The position numbers were made by a program, and so were the translations under genes. The notes beneath the pieces were generated by a model that did not search any database, was not told the origin of the DNA, and saw nothing but the letters and a program-made list of their open reading frames with translations. A stretch of 64,000 nucleotides of DNA from an uncultured virus (IMG/VR IMGVR_UViG_3300021957_000021) (Duplodnaviria; Heunggongvirae; Uroviricota; Caudoviricetes): IMG/VR virus record IMGVR_UViG_3300021957_000021, one strand, 5' to 3'. Shown here one piece after another: positions 10,214 to 20,307 of this stretch; positions within the stretch are counted from its first letter, which is position 1, and each line of letters starts with the position of its first letter.

Positions 10214-10789
10214 ATGAATAAATTACCCAAAATTATTGGCTTAACAGGATTCGCTAGAAGCGGTAAGGATACTTTTTTTACCGCCATCAACATGCTTTCA
10301 AGAGAGATGGGTCTACCAGATTTTCGAAGATTCGCTTTTGCTGATGAGTTAAAAAAAGAATGCGACCCTTTTTTGCTTGATAATATAGGAATATCTGCTT
10401 GGACTCAAGAAAATGAATCTAAAGAATTAATCCGCCCTTTTTTAGTGACTTATGGGACTCATATAAGAAGAAAGTTAGATCAAAATTGCTGGATCAATAA
10501 AATAAAAGATTCAGTTGAATATTGTTCTACTAACAGCGAAATACCTGTTATTACAGATGTTAGGTATGAAAATGAGGCTGCATGGATTAAAGAAAATGAT
10601 GGAGTTATCGTGGAGATTATTAGACAGTCTGTTGCTCCTGCTAATGAAGAAGAAAAGAGAGAGTCATTAAAGCTTATGAATTATAGAGATTTTGTTGTTT
10701 CTTGGCCTACGTTTGGCGATGACAGTATGGCAGAGTGCGTAGGTTTTGCTCGCTCTTTTTTGTCTGATATTCAATGCGTTTTAGCATAA
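10214..10789 (+). CDS. Deoxynucleoside monophosphate kinase
   Basis: GLTGFARSGKDT, FADELK, ITDVRYENE. Confidence 0.85.
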   Translation: MNKLPKIIGLTGFARSGKDTFFTAINMLSREMGLPDFRRFAFADELKKECDPFLLDNIGISAWTQENESKELIRPFLVTYGTHIRRKLDQNCWINKIKDSVEYCSTNSEIPVITDVRYENEAAWIKENDGVIVEIIRQSVAPANEEEKRESLKLMNYRDFVVSWPTFGDDSMAECVGFARSFLSDIQCVLA

Positions 10790-11427
10790 TGAATCAAATT
10801 AAATATAAACTTGATCTATATAGCAAGCATTTTTTTAATTTAAATTCAAACCTATCTATTGAAGAAAATTTATTTATTAGTAAATGTATTTCAAATATAG
10901 ATGAAAAAGATATTTTTATAAATGAGCATATCTCTGCGTATACCTTTTGTCCATCAGTTGATAACTCAGGATTAATTAATTATGGAAGATTTGCTTTCGG
11001 GAAAAAGACTAAAGATAAATACTTCTATAACTTGGTCGAAGAGTTATTTAATTTTTTAAACATAAATATCTACAATTCAAAAGATAATTTTTTTTATTAT
11101 GGAGTAGGCTGGGACTATTTAAATAATTTAATAAAGTTTTATCAATTAAGCTCAGATTATACCAATATTTATTGCGAAGAGTTTTTGGTAGACCGCGCAA
11201 ACTTTAAAAATAATTACATGATAAAGTCGAAAGAGTATGCGGTAGGAGTTGATAACACAATTATGAATAAAGATGATTCAAATATTAATCAAATAAATTT
11301 AAATAATAATTCTAAAGTCTTTGGTAATTCTCATGCTAATGATTTGTGTGACAAAATGAAATCTTTAGATTTTTTGTTAGACACTTATAGTATATACAAT
11401 AATAAAACCACTTTATATTTTGACTAA
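10789..11427 (+). CDS. Hypothetical protein (very AT-rich)
   Basis: Long ORF, ATG overlaps upstream stop. Confidence 0.65.
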   Translation: MNQIKYKLDLYSKHFFNLNSNLSIEENLFISKCISNIDEKDIFINEHISAYTFCPSVDNSGLINYGRFAFGKKTKDKYFYNLVEELFNFLNINIYNSKDNFFYYGVGWDYLNNLIKFYQLSSDYTNIYCEEFLVDRANFKNNYMIKSKEYAVGVDNTIMNKDDSNINQINLNNNSKVFGNSHANDLCDKMKSLDFLLDTYSIYNNKTTLYFD

Positions 11428-11470
11428 TTTTTTCTTGACATTTTGCAAATAAACACTTATAATTTATAAC

Positions 11471-11692
11471 ATGAACAATAAATTCCTATCTATTCTTGAA
11501 TATTCTTTAAACAAGTTTATGCCATATATTTTAATTAGTTTTTTAGTATTTTTTGAATTTGGATTTTATAAAGTTCAACCATATATAATCATGGGGCTTC
11601 TGTGTTTTCTAGACAAGCATTCGTTTAGAGTAGGTTATGCCGTAGCTCTTTGCGAAGAAAGAGGAGTTGATCTTGAAAAATGGGACAAATAA
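11471..11692 (+). CDS. Small membrane protein
   Basis: Two hydrophobic stretches; TTGACA-17-TATAAT directly upstream. Confidence 0.65.
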   Translation: MNNKFLSILEYSLNKFMPYILISFLVFFEFGFYKVQPYIIMGLLCFLDKHSFRVGYAVALCEERGVDLEKWDK

Positions 11693-11708
11693 AAGTGTAA
11701 TATTATTT

Positions 11709-11921
11709 GTGCAAGAGAGAATAATAAATTTGCTATTAACTATAATCGGGTGTTGTGTAGTTTTTTATATTTTTAAACAGAATCACGAAATAACATATTT
11801 AAAAGATACCATTAAAATACAGCATGAAGCGATAGAGAGACAAAATGTTTTAATTGATTTTCAAAAAAGAATAATGTATCCAAATAATCCACAAAATGAA
11901 TTTCAGCGAACTTATAAATAA
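11709..11921 (+). CDS. Small protein, N-terminal TM plus coiled coil
   Basis: GTG start 14 nt after GTGTAA element. Confidence 0.55.
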   Translation: MQERIINLLLTIIGCCVVFYIFKQNHEITYLKDTIKIQHEAIERQNVLIDFQKRIMYPNNPQNEFQRTYK

Positions 11922-12282
11922 ACATTCCTATAAACAGATATTTAATAAACTGTACTCAAAACAACTTAGGTATGAAAAGACTAAAAGTGTTAGAGATATT
12001 GACGTAGAAGCTAGAAGTGCATGGGATTTCTTGTTAAAGACTCAGCCTCAAAAATCAAAACATGAAATACATGTTAGACTCTGTAAAGATTTTCAAAGTG
12101 AAGGCTTTCCCTGTGCAGAGCTTCGAGATGTCAAAAGCAAGCTTTTTTATAGCTTTAATGAAGTTTCTTGGCGAGAGGTTTTAGGGTCAAATATAGTAAA
12201 TTCGTCGAGTTTGTCAGACGAAGAAGTTTGTTCTACAATTTTTTGGTTCTTAACTATGAACTCCTTTGATCCAAATAAATAA
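11896..12282 (+). CDS. Hypothetical protein
   Basis: ORF in tight operon packing. Confidence 0.6.
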   Translation: MNFSELINKHSYKQIFNKLYSKQLRYEKTKSVRDIDVEARSAWDFLLKTQPQKSKHEIHVRLCKDFQSEGFPCAELRDVKSKLFYSFNEVSWREVLGSNIVNSSSLSDEEVCSTIFWFLTMNSFDPNK

Positions 12283-12304
12283 ATAAATAAATAAATAAAT
12301 AAAT
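12273..12304. repeat. (AAAT)8 simple sequence repeat
   Basis: Eight perfect AAAT units spanning a stop codon and intergenic space. Confidence 0.9.
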
Positions 12305-12305
12305 C

Positions 12306-12500
12306 ATGCTTAGAAAATTTTGGTTAATATGGGCTAGAACTCTTGATCATAGGGTAGGGAGAACGGATAATGATGAGCCTGACATACCTATATTGTCATT
12401 AAAAGACGCTAAGATAAGTCTTTTATTAAGAAGTTTAATTGTAATAGTTAATTTAATAACTTGTTTTTTTATAGTCGCAAATATAATAAAAAATTGGTAA
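12306..12500 (+). CDS. Small membrane protein
   Basis: C-terminal hydrophobic helix. Confidence 0.65.
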   Translation: MLRKFWLIWARTLDHRVGRTDNDEPDIPILSLKDAKISLLLRSLIVIVNLITCFFIVANIIKNW

Positions 12501-12953
12501 ATGAATAGTAGTGAAAAAAGGTTTTACAACATGTGTGTGTCCAGAAATTGGAGTGTAGAAAAAGCCTCAAAAAATCAGGACATGCACGAACATTGGGATT
12601 TTAAAGTTAGAGATTCTTTAATTGATGTAAAAGGATTCAAGAAAACCTCTAGGTCTGATGCCTTTTTTAATCACGATGAAATTTGGATAGAGTTGCAAAA
12701 TGTGCGAGGAAACAAAGGTTGGTTACGCGGAAAAGCTGATTACATAGCCTTTGAGCATTCAAAACATTTTTTGATAGTAAGTCGCCAAGATTTACTAGAT
12801 TGGTGCAAATCTAAAATTACAAATCGATCTTTTGTTTCAAGTCCGAAAGAAGCTTTGTATAGACTTTATCAGCGTAAAAATAGAAAAGACATTATATCTA
12901 TAATTAAAACAGAAGATTTTGTGAAGGATGTAAAAACTTGGGTTTTAAAGTAA
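12501..12953 (+). CDS. Putative PD-(D/E)XK endonuclease
   Basis: HWDF...IDVKG, IWIELQNV.G.KGWL.GKADYIAF. Confidence 0.65.
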   Translation: MNSSEKRFYNMCVSRNWSVEKASKNQDMHEHWDFKVRDSLIDVKGFKKTSRSDAFFNHDEIWIELQNVRGNKGWLRGKADYIAFEHSKHFLIVSRQDLLDWCKSKITNRSFVSSPKEALYRLYQRKNRKDIISIIKTEDFVKDVKTWVLK

Positions 12954-12956
12954 ATC

Positions 12957-13214
12957 ATGTATGATAACGGTTTAAATAATGAATTTGAAGAAGCTCATCA
13001 GAAAGGTTTGCATAGAGGATTTGATTTAGGCTGGTCATATAAAGGAAAGTTTGACAGGCAAATAATACAAGACAAAATTATAGAGCTTGAAAAGAAATAT
13101 GAAGCTAGAAAATCTAAAAAAACTTTGAATGAAATAAATATTCTACGAACTGTTTTAACGCAAATAAAAGACCATAAATGTAACAGAGAAAACATCACTT
13201 TAAACTTTTGGTAA
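12957..13214 (+). CDS. Hypothetical protein
   Basis: ORF in operon. Confidence 0.6.
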   Translation: MYDNGLNNEFEEAHQKGLHRGFDLGWSYKGKFDRQIIQDKIIELEKKYEARKSKKTLNEINILRTVLTQIKDHKCNRENITLNFW

Positions 13215-13228
13215 GTGTAATATATTTT

Positions 13229-13618
13229 GTGGAACATAAACATCTTTTAGTTAATGCTACTTTCGAGCAGACCCCATTTACGAATACAGATTTCACAAAT
13301 AAATGGCTTTTAAAAATTGTTAAATTAATTGACATGGAAGTTTTGCATGAACCTGTCTCGGTGAGATGTGATGAAAAAAATAACGAGGGCGTTAGCGGGT
13401 TCTGTTTAATAACAACAAGTCATTTATCTTTGCATTCTTGGGAGAAAAAAACTCCGAATTTATTACAACTTGATGTCTATAGTTGTAAAGATTTTGACCC
13501 TCATTTAATTGAGTATGAAATTAAAAAATTTCACCCAATATCTCTTGGGTTAAAATTTCTAGATAGAAGAGTAAGAAATACTAAAGGATGGTCAATGTTT
13601 GATGAAAGCAAGGCATGA
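13229..13618 (+). CDS. Divergent AdoMetDC-family pyruvoyl decarboxylase
   Basis: GVSGFCLITTSHLSLHSW...LDVYSCKDF; TSH instead of ESH; GTG start after GTGTAA. Confidence 0.8.
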   Translation: MEHKHLLVNATFEQTPFTNTDFTNKWLLKIVKLIDMEVLHEPVSVRCDEKNNEGVSGFCLITTSHLSLHSWEKKTPNLLQLDVYSCKDFDPHLIEYEIKKFHPISLGLKFLDRRVRNTKGWSMFDESKA

Positions 13619-14379
13619 GAATATATTTTAGGCATTACTCAGGAGCAATCACTGAATACGATTATTTATTTTTTGATTGCATGGCAGAAGTTCCGTTAGA
13701 CGAAGAAGAGCGAGCTTTGCAGGAAGGATGGTTACCTGATGACTATTTTGCTCCTAAAAATGCAGTAAAATCCCATTGGTATCAAGCTCGACAAACAAGA
13801 ATTGATTTAAGCAAATTTATTGATACTCGCAGTAGTCGAAAGGCTAGAAAAAAATGCAAAGATATTGTGGTCAAATATACGAAAGCGAATAAAGCAAATA
13901 TAGAAATTTTAAAAGATATATTTAATAAATATTTTGAATACAGAAACTTTAAGCCTTGGAAGCTAGAGCCTCTACTAAGTTTAGAGATTGAGAGAAAACA
14001 TTTTTTAATTTATTATTTAAATGACGAACCTATTGCTTTTACATTCTTGAGAGATGTCGGAGAGAATAGTGTTTTCTCAACGCAGTTTGCGTGGAATTAT
14101 GAAAATCCAAAATTATATTTAGGCAAATATGCAAACCTTGCAGAAATAGACTATTGTATTGCAAATAATAAAGATTATATGTATACAGGAGTAGGGTATG
14201 AAAAAGCTTGTATATATAAGTCTGACTACCAAGGGTTTCAATTTTGGAACGGAGAAGCGTGGTCGAATAACACAGAAGATTATAAATGGTTATGCGAGAG
14301 AGATTCTAAAATTGAAAAAACAAAAGATTTAGATAAAATAAAAAGATACGATGATAAAAATTTTTTTATAAATGATTAA
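13615..14379 (+). CDS. Aminoacyl-tRNA-protein transferase-like (ATE/Bpt C-terminal GNAT fold)
   Basis: LQEGW, TRIDL, LGKYANLAEI...YMYTG.GY...CIYKSDY.GFQFW. Confidence 0.65.
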   Translation: MRIYFRHYSGAITEYDYLFFDCMAEVPLDEEERALQEGWLPDDYFAPKNAVKSHWYQARQTRIDLSKFIDTRSSRKARKKCKDIVVKYTKANKANIEILKDIFNKYFEYRNFKPWKLEPLLSLEIERKHFLIYYLNDEPIAFTFLRDVGENSVFSTQFAWNYENPKLYLGKYANLAEIDYCIANNKDYMYTGVGYEKACIYKSDYQGFQFWNGEAWSNNTEDYKWLCERDSKIEKTKDLDKIKRYDDKNFFIND

Positions 14380-14824
14380 AGATTATATTGATTATATTTC
14401 CCTGCAAAGAAAAAAGATTGGCGGTCATGCGATATGCCCTTTTGCTAAAGCTTTTTTGGATAAAGTGCAAATAATAGAGTCCACAAACTTTTGGATTGAC
14501 GCTACAGAATGTATGGAAAATGAAGAGCATCCAATGCTTTACCTTATATATGGAGACAAGGATAAATATAGCACAGAATGGCTTGAAAAATTTTGTCAAA
14601 TAAATAAAAAGTATTCACGCAGTAAAGATCTTTGGTTAATATGGGATCATCCTGATCAAATAAATAAAATAAACGGGATCGAGACAAATAATAAAGAATA
14701 TGCTATTTTATTAATACAAAAATTATCTGAACTAAATAAATATTCTAAAAAATTGCATAAAACAAATTATTATGAATTTTGGGACAAGGAATATTATAAT
14801 AAGATAATAAAAAGTAGATTATGA
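14372..14824 (+). CDS. CPFA-motif protein (DUF1415-like)
   Basis: ICPFAK and DHPD motifs. Confidence 0.5.
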   Translation: MIKDYIDYISLQRKKIGGHAICPFAKAFLDKVQIIESTNFWIDATECMENEEHPMLYLIYGDKDKYSTEWLEKFCQINKKYSRSKDLWLIWDHPDQINKINGIETNNKEYAILLIQKLSELNKYSKKLHKTNYYEFWDKEYYNKIIKSRL

Positions 14825-14890
14825 GTAAAATAGGTGGGATAAAGTAATTTTTTCTTGACTTTTCTCAAATAATGTGATATATTTATACCT

Positions 14891-15295
14891 ATGCACTTAG
14901 GCAGTCACGAATTAGTTGAATTTTATAATTGCGATGAAGATATTTTAAAAGATTCTAATTTTATAAAAAAAATATTTATTCAATCTGCTAAACTAGGTAA
15001 TGCAAATATAGTGAATAGTCTATTTCATTCTTTTAGTCCGTATGGAGTCACAGGAGTTTTAGTGATCGCAGAAAGTCATATGAGTATTCATACATGGCAT
15101 GAGTTTAATTATTGTGCCGTTGATATATTTTCTTGTTGCGATAAATTAAATAATAAAATTGTTTTAGACAACTTAAAATACGAACTCTTTAGCGACAAAT
15201 ATACATCAAAATTAATTAACAGAGGAGACAAAAATTTTATCAAGCAAATTGCAAATAATAACTTGACAAATAAACAAAAATCTGTCAGAATATAA
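14891..15295 (+). CDS. speD: S-adenosylmethionine decarboxylase proenzyme (class 1b)
   Basis: FSPYGVTGVLVIAESHMSIHTWHEFNYCAVDIFSC. Confidence 0.9.
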   Translation: MHLGSHELVEFYNCDEDILKDSNFIKKIFIQSAKLGNANIVNSLFHSFSPYGVTGVLVIAESHMSIHTWHEFNYCAVDIFSCCDKLNNKIVLDNLKYELFSDKYTSKLINRGDKNFIKQIANNNLTNKQKSVRI

Positions 15296-15297
15296 AT

Positions 15298-16571
15298 ATG
15301 GAGATTAAAAAAGAATTAAAAAACGCAACTTTTATATATGATGACGAGAAAAAAGTATTCACCATTATGGAAGCTGATGGCTTTAATGGTTATATTGAAT
15401 TAAATAAAATTTATGCTTTTTCTTTTATGCGTTTTGTAATCAGAATGGCTCAAAGAAATTGGCTTAAAAGTGCAGATTCTTTTAATAAAACTGAAGAACT
15501 TTTAGAATCTATTGAAGAGGAAGAAGATGATCCAAATCAACTAGAGCTTTTTAATTAATAAATAATAAATAATATGAATAATAAATCATTCGATATAGTT
15601 TGTGCGTCTGAAGTAGAAGAATTTTTCTATGAAGACTCTAATATGCCCGTACCCGAAGGCGAGCCTGTTGGTGTAGAATTTCATTCTCCAACCAATTCAA
15701 ACCTAGTTTTATCTAAAGGAGTTTATTTTTCTCACGAAAATCTATTCTTAGATTAATTTTTGTTTGACAAGCTGATCGTTGTGTGCAATGCTTATTACAT
15801 GATGAAAACAGAATATATCAAACTAACAGACTTGTGGAACGAAGGCGAATACGCTGAAGTAGGACATATCATTAACGAAGAAAATTGGAGTGCGTCAAGG
15901 GTTGCTGAATTTTGTGCGTACTTTAATAAATACCTTGGAGTTAATCAATTAAATCTTTTATATAAGTTTCTATAATATGGATGATTTAAGTAATGAAATA
16001 GCTTGGGATAGCTATGAATTCTATACCGAGCAATTATTTAATCTCGAACAGGATCATTTATCAAATATGGACAAAGTAACAAATGTTTTGCAAGGCGGGT
16101 CGTACTGCAACAAGCAAGATCACTTAGAAATATTTAATAAATCCCTTGAAGTAACTGCTCAATTAATAGTATTATATAATAAACAACTATCATCTATTCA
16201 AGATATGCTAATAACTTTATCTAACAAAAAAGATGAGCAGTTGAAAAATCGAACAATTAATTCTTTAAATGTTTTGACTCAATGGACAAACGATCTCCGA
16301 GATGATACAAATAAGTATAGGCAAGATTTAAATAAACTAATAAAAGAATATGAAGAGAGGTAGACCAAAAGGATATACTCCTTATGTAGAAATTTCCTAT
16401 GAGGAATTAGCTGATTGGGTTGGCAGGAAAGCTAAAGTAGTTGTCTGTAAAAAATGGCTAGAATCGTTAATGGGCAAAGAAATTCATATTGGATCAGTAG
16501 AAGAGTCTATCGCAGAAAAAGAAGATCAAGAAGAAACTCCAAAGATCGAATATGAAATAACTCATTTTTAA
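15298..16571 (+). other. Run of five small hypothetical genes (15298-15558, 15574-15756, 15799-15975, 15977-16363, 16350-16571)
   Basis: Tightly packed co-directional ORFs; promoters at 15263 and 15764. Confidence 0.65.
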
Positions 16572-16608
16572 TCTTGACAATTACTAATTTTAACTTTAGA
16601 TTTATATT

Positions 16609-17541
16609 ATGGACAACAATTATTTCGATGGCTTGATCGGGCAAGAGTGCGTTAAGAAGAAACTATCTTTTTATTTAGATGCGTTTCACAAAACAAGCGT
16701 TTGCCCATTTCTTAATCTAGTTGGTGCAAAAGGTTTAGGTAAGACTGAATTTGCTAAAGCATTCGCCAAGAATCTGTATAATAGAAACGGAGGCAAGCGT
16801 TCGTTCTTAGAATTGAATTGCTCTACAATTAAAAACAATGAGCAATTTTTTGAGCAAATTTTTCTGCCTTTAGTAGCGGATAATGAGATCACAATTCTTT
16901 TTGACGAATGCCATGCTTTGCCGAAAGATTTAACAATGGCATTTTTAACTATTTTCAATACTGAAACAAATACAAGAAAGCGTTTTGAGTGGAATGAAAT
17001 GACATTTGAGTTCGACTTCAGAAAGCAAACCTTTATTTTTGCAACAACAGAGAGTGATAAAATATTTCCGCCACTTAAAGATAGATTAACAACAATAGAT
17101 TTCGATCCGTACTCCCAAGAGGAGATTGGCGAAATTATTAAAATTTGTTGCGGTAATATTTCTTTCTCTGATGAATGCATAAATGAAGTAGCCTCGACAA
17201 TTAGAAGTAATGCTAGGAGTGCTGTAATGCGTTCAAGAGAAATTATGTTGTATTGCGAATCTAAAGAGATCGAAAGATTTGAGTCTCATCACTTTAAAGA
17301 CTTGCGTGACGCTATCGGTATTTTACCTCTAGGTATTTCTCGGACAGAGAAACAAATTTTGCAAATATTAAAAGAGTGCGGATCAATTAGCCTCACAGGT
17401 CTTTCTGCTAAGTTAGGGTTGAGCAAAACATCTCTGCAAAGAGATCACGAACTTTATTTGTTAGGTAAAAATCTAATTGAAATTGATGGTAAGCGTAGAA
17501 TCACTTCAAATGGAATCAAACTTTGTGAGGATTTAGTATGA
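16609..17541 (+). CDS. ruvB: RuvB-like AAA+ ATPase
   Basis: Walker A GAKGLGKT, Walker B FDECH, ATT....I..PL.DR, C-terminal winged helix. Confidence 0.8.
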   Translation: MDNNYFDGLIGQECVKKKLSFYLDAFHKTSVCPFLNLVGAKGLGKTEFAKAFAKNLYNRNGGKRSFLELNCSTIKNNEQFFEQIFLPLVADNEITILFDECHALPKDLTMAFLTIFNTETNTRKRFEWNEMTFEFDFRKQTFIFATTESDKIFPPLKDRLTTIDFDPYSQEEIGEIIKICCGNISFSDECINEVASTIRSNARSAVMRSREIMLYCESKEIERFESHHFKDLRDAIGILPLGISRTEKQILQILKECGSISLTGLSAKLGLSKTSLQRDHELYLLGKNLIEIDGKRRITSNGIKLCEDLV

Positions 17542-17785
17542 CAAGAGACGAACTTTCACATTTAAGGCAAGAAGTTTATTCTTTATGGTATAACGCAAAA
17601 AATCGCTCCGAAGATAAAAAAACTTATGCTCAGATATTAAAATTGATAGATTATACTTTAGAATTAAAATCCGCAGTAAAGTCAATCAGAAATCTATACG
17701 AAGGATTAGTATGATAAAAAATCATAATTGGGGCTTGACATTATTGCTTCTTTTGATTATAATATATATTTTATGGGAGTAGAAA

Positions 17786-18884
17786 ATGTTCGAATATAAA
17801 ATAACTTATAAAAGAAGAGGAGATATGCTATCAAATTCTCATTACTACATGGCTTCAGACGCTGACGAAGCACTAGGTTATCAAATGGAAATGATTGAGC
17901 ATAAAAATTGGAACATAGATATATTAAAAATAGAAAAATTTTGTAAATATTCTGAAAAATGGATAGACGAAAGTGAAATACTAAAAGAAGAAAACAAACA
18001 ATGAAATACTCAAACCTAATCGTAATATTATCATTAATAATGACATTTGGATTTTATAGTCCGAGCGTTTCCATAAACCCCAAGAATAAATTTCTTGCTA
18101 AAGTCGATGTCAAGCCTCAACAGGTAGAAGTTGATCCCTTTTTTGATAAAGAAATTGATCTTAGTGAGCATCAAGGTCATATACAAATAAACCCTGTCCC
18201 TCACCCTTTTAGCATTTCGGGAGAATATGTAGTTTGGGTTAATGGTAAAAGAGTGAATTTAAATAGGCAAGAAGTTAAAAATCTTGCCGAATCCTTGAAT
18301 TTACCACTTACGAAACCTCAAGATACTGCGGAAATTCATTCGGGAATGGGTTGGCAAACTCCATTTGCAATTAAATAATATGTGGAATTATAGAATAATA
18401 CAATCAAGCGATCAATTATATGGTTTATATGAAACTATATATAACGATGATGGAGAAATATCTGCTCACGCAGAAGAGCCAGAAGCGATAGGTTCTAGCG
18501 TTAAAGACTTATTAGATACTTTAAGATTAATGCTTGACGATGCACAAAAATCATCTTACAATATATTAGAAATGGATAAAATAAAATTTGCCTCTTTAAT
18601 AGATGAAAATGAAAAAGAGGAAGCTATCGAGATAGAAGATTTTACTAAACTTATGGGTTTAGACCCAAATAAATATAAAAATAATGATTCAAATAGAGGA
18701 CGCAAATAATGAAAATTACCACATAAATCCGAATAATGTGGTTTATGTCAAAGCAAGAGTCGATCCTGTTAAGGGAGAAAAGTGGTGGAAAATCACTTTT
18801 GTTAATGGCGAGCAATTGCATACTCGCAATGAAGCGGGAGTTAATTCCATAGTAAATGCAATTAAACTCAAAATCAGAGGTTGA
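17786..18884 (+). other. Four small genes (17786-18004, 18001-18378 with signal peptide, 18380-18709 MWNYR-type phage protein, 18684-18884)
   Basis: Overlapping or abutting ORFs. Confidence 0.6.
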
Positions 18885-18992
18885 TTAAAAAGCTAATTAG
18901 TAAAAATGTTACATCGACTATAATTTCTCTTTCTAAGAAAAATAAAGTTAGTCCAATAATTACATACAAATTTTTCTCTAACTCGTTGCTCA

Positions 18993-19226
18993 CTATTGGT
19001 TTATTTTCTCAAATATTTTAACTACATCTTGTCTTCTATCTTCTAAAAGTCTGCTAGTTTGAACCCATCTTTCAGCATCCCTCGCCCCATTCTTTGCTAA
19101 ATCCACCTCAATGTCTCTTAATTTGTTAGACATTTTTTCTAATTTCATACTTTCCCTTTTCAAAAAGAAAGCGATCACAGATACCATAACCCCCATTGCG
19201 ATCATCAATATTTCGTTTATTTCCAT
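18993..19226 (-). CDS. Small N-terminal TM plus coiled-coil protein
   Basis: MEINEILMIAMGVMVSVIAFFLK; GTGTAT 14 nt upstream on minus strand. Confidence 0.7.
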   Translation of the reverse strand: MEINEILMIAMGVMVSVIAFFLKRESMKLEKMSNKLRDIEVDLAKNGARDAERWVQTSRLLEDRRQDVVKIFEKINQ

Positions 19227-19282
19227 ACTAAGGAATACACAAAAAACTTGACAGGTTAGATCATATCCCTTATAGTTATAAT

Positions 19283-20292
19283 ATGTCACAACAAATACTA
19301 GGCTTAACTTGCATTAGCGAGCAACTCAAAGAGAAAGACAAGGTTAAATATTCCTTTAGGACTATGACTCGCAAACGATTTAATGACTTGTGTAGTTCTC
19401 AAGGCAGGGATGAAGCTATCAATCAATTATCTGAAAGAATTTTGCACAATGTTGTTGTTACTCAATATATTGTCAATCATTGCCATGCCTCGGACATTAG
19501 GCATTATCGTCTTAGCTCTGCTCTTTTTCCTCTCCTTACCGATCAGACTTTGGAAATTTCTATGGCAGAATTGCCTCACAAAGCAAGAATCGAAAAAGGG
19601 TTAGGGTTTATAGGTTTAATCGCTAACGCTTTAATATATCAATAGGATCGCATCCCGATCAGTTTAATGTTCTTGCGTCTCCCGATAGGGATAAAGTTAA
19701 TCGCACAATAAATGAACTGAATTTTCAAGCAAGAGTTCTCGATATGGTCGGATTACCTCAAGACCATACCGCTCCAATGAATATACATATTAATTATTCA
19801 CCCAAAGCGGATGAGACGCTAGAAGTTGTTGCTACTAGATTCTTTCGCAATCTTTCTATGTGCGATAGAGGTGTTTACAATCGAATAACTATTGAGAACG
19901 AAGACAAAGGTTTCTTTAATGTAGATAACTGCATTAAACTCAGCGAGTATTTATTTGCAGTTCATGGTGTTAATATTCCTGTTTGCTATGACAATTTACA
20001 TGACTTTTGTAATCCATCAGAAGATCATAATATTACATTTCAAGCAGAGCGATGTGCATATACATGGGTAAATCAAGGAAGTGGTGATAACAATTTTCTT
20101 GCTCCTGTTTTCCATTGGTCAGAAGGTAAACCCGAAAAGCCTCGCTCTCACGCAGACTATTTTGCTCTTGGAAATTTTCCACCACATATTGCCATTGAAC
20201 CCGATCAACCTGCCAAGTGGGAGTGTGAAGTTAAGTTAAAAGATCAAGCGATCAAAATATTGCGAAATAATCTAGTAGAAAAAAGCGGTTGA
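19283..20292 (+). pseudogene. uvsE: UV-damage endonuclease UvsE/UVDE split by a 1-nt frameshift at ~19627-19643
   Basis: Frame 0 has YRLSS.LFP; -1 frame continues NISIGSHPDQFNVLAS...IENED...YDNLHD...FHWSE...HADY...EVKLKD. Confidence 0.85.
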
Positions 20293-20307
20293 TTTATTTA
20301 TGTCTTT

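Noticed and set aside
19627..19643. Programmed -1 frameshift in uvsE
   Set aside because: T TTA ATA is not a canonical X XXY YYZ heptamer and no downstream stimulator is evident
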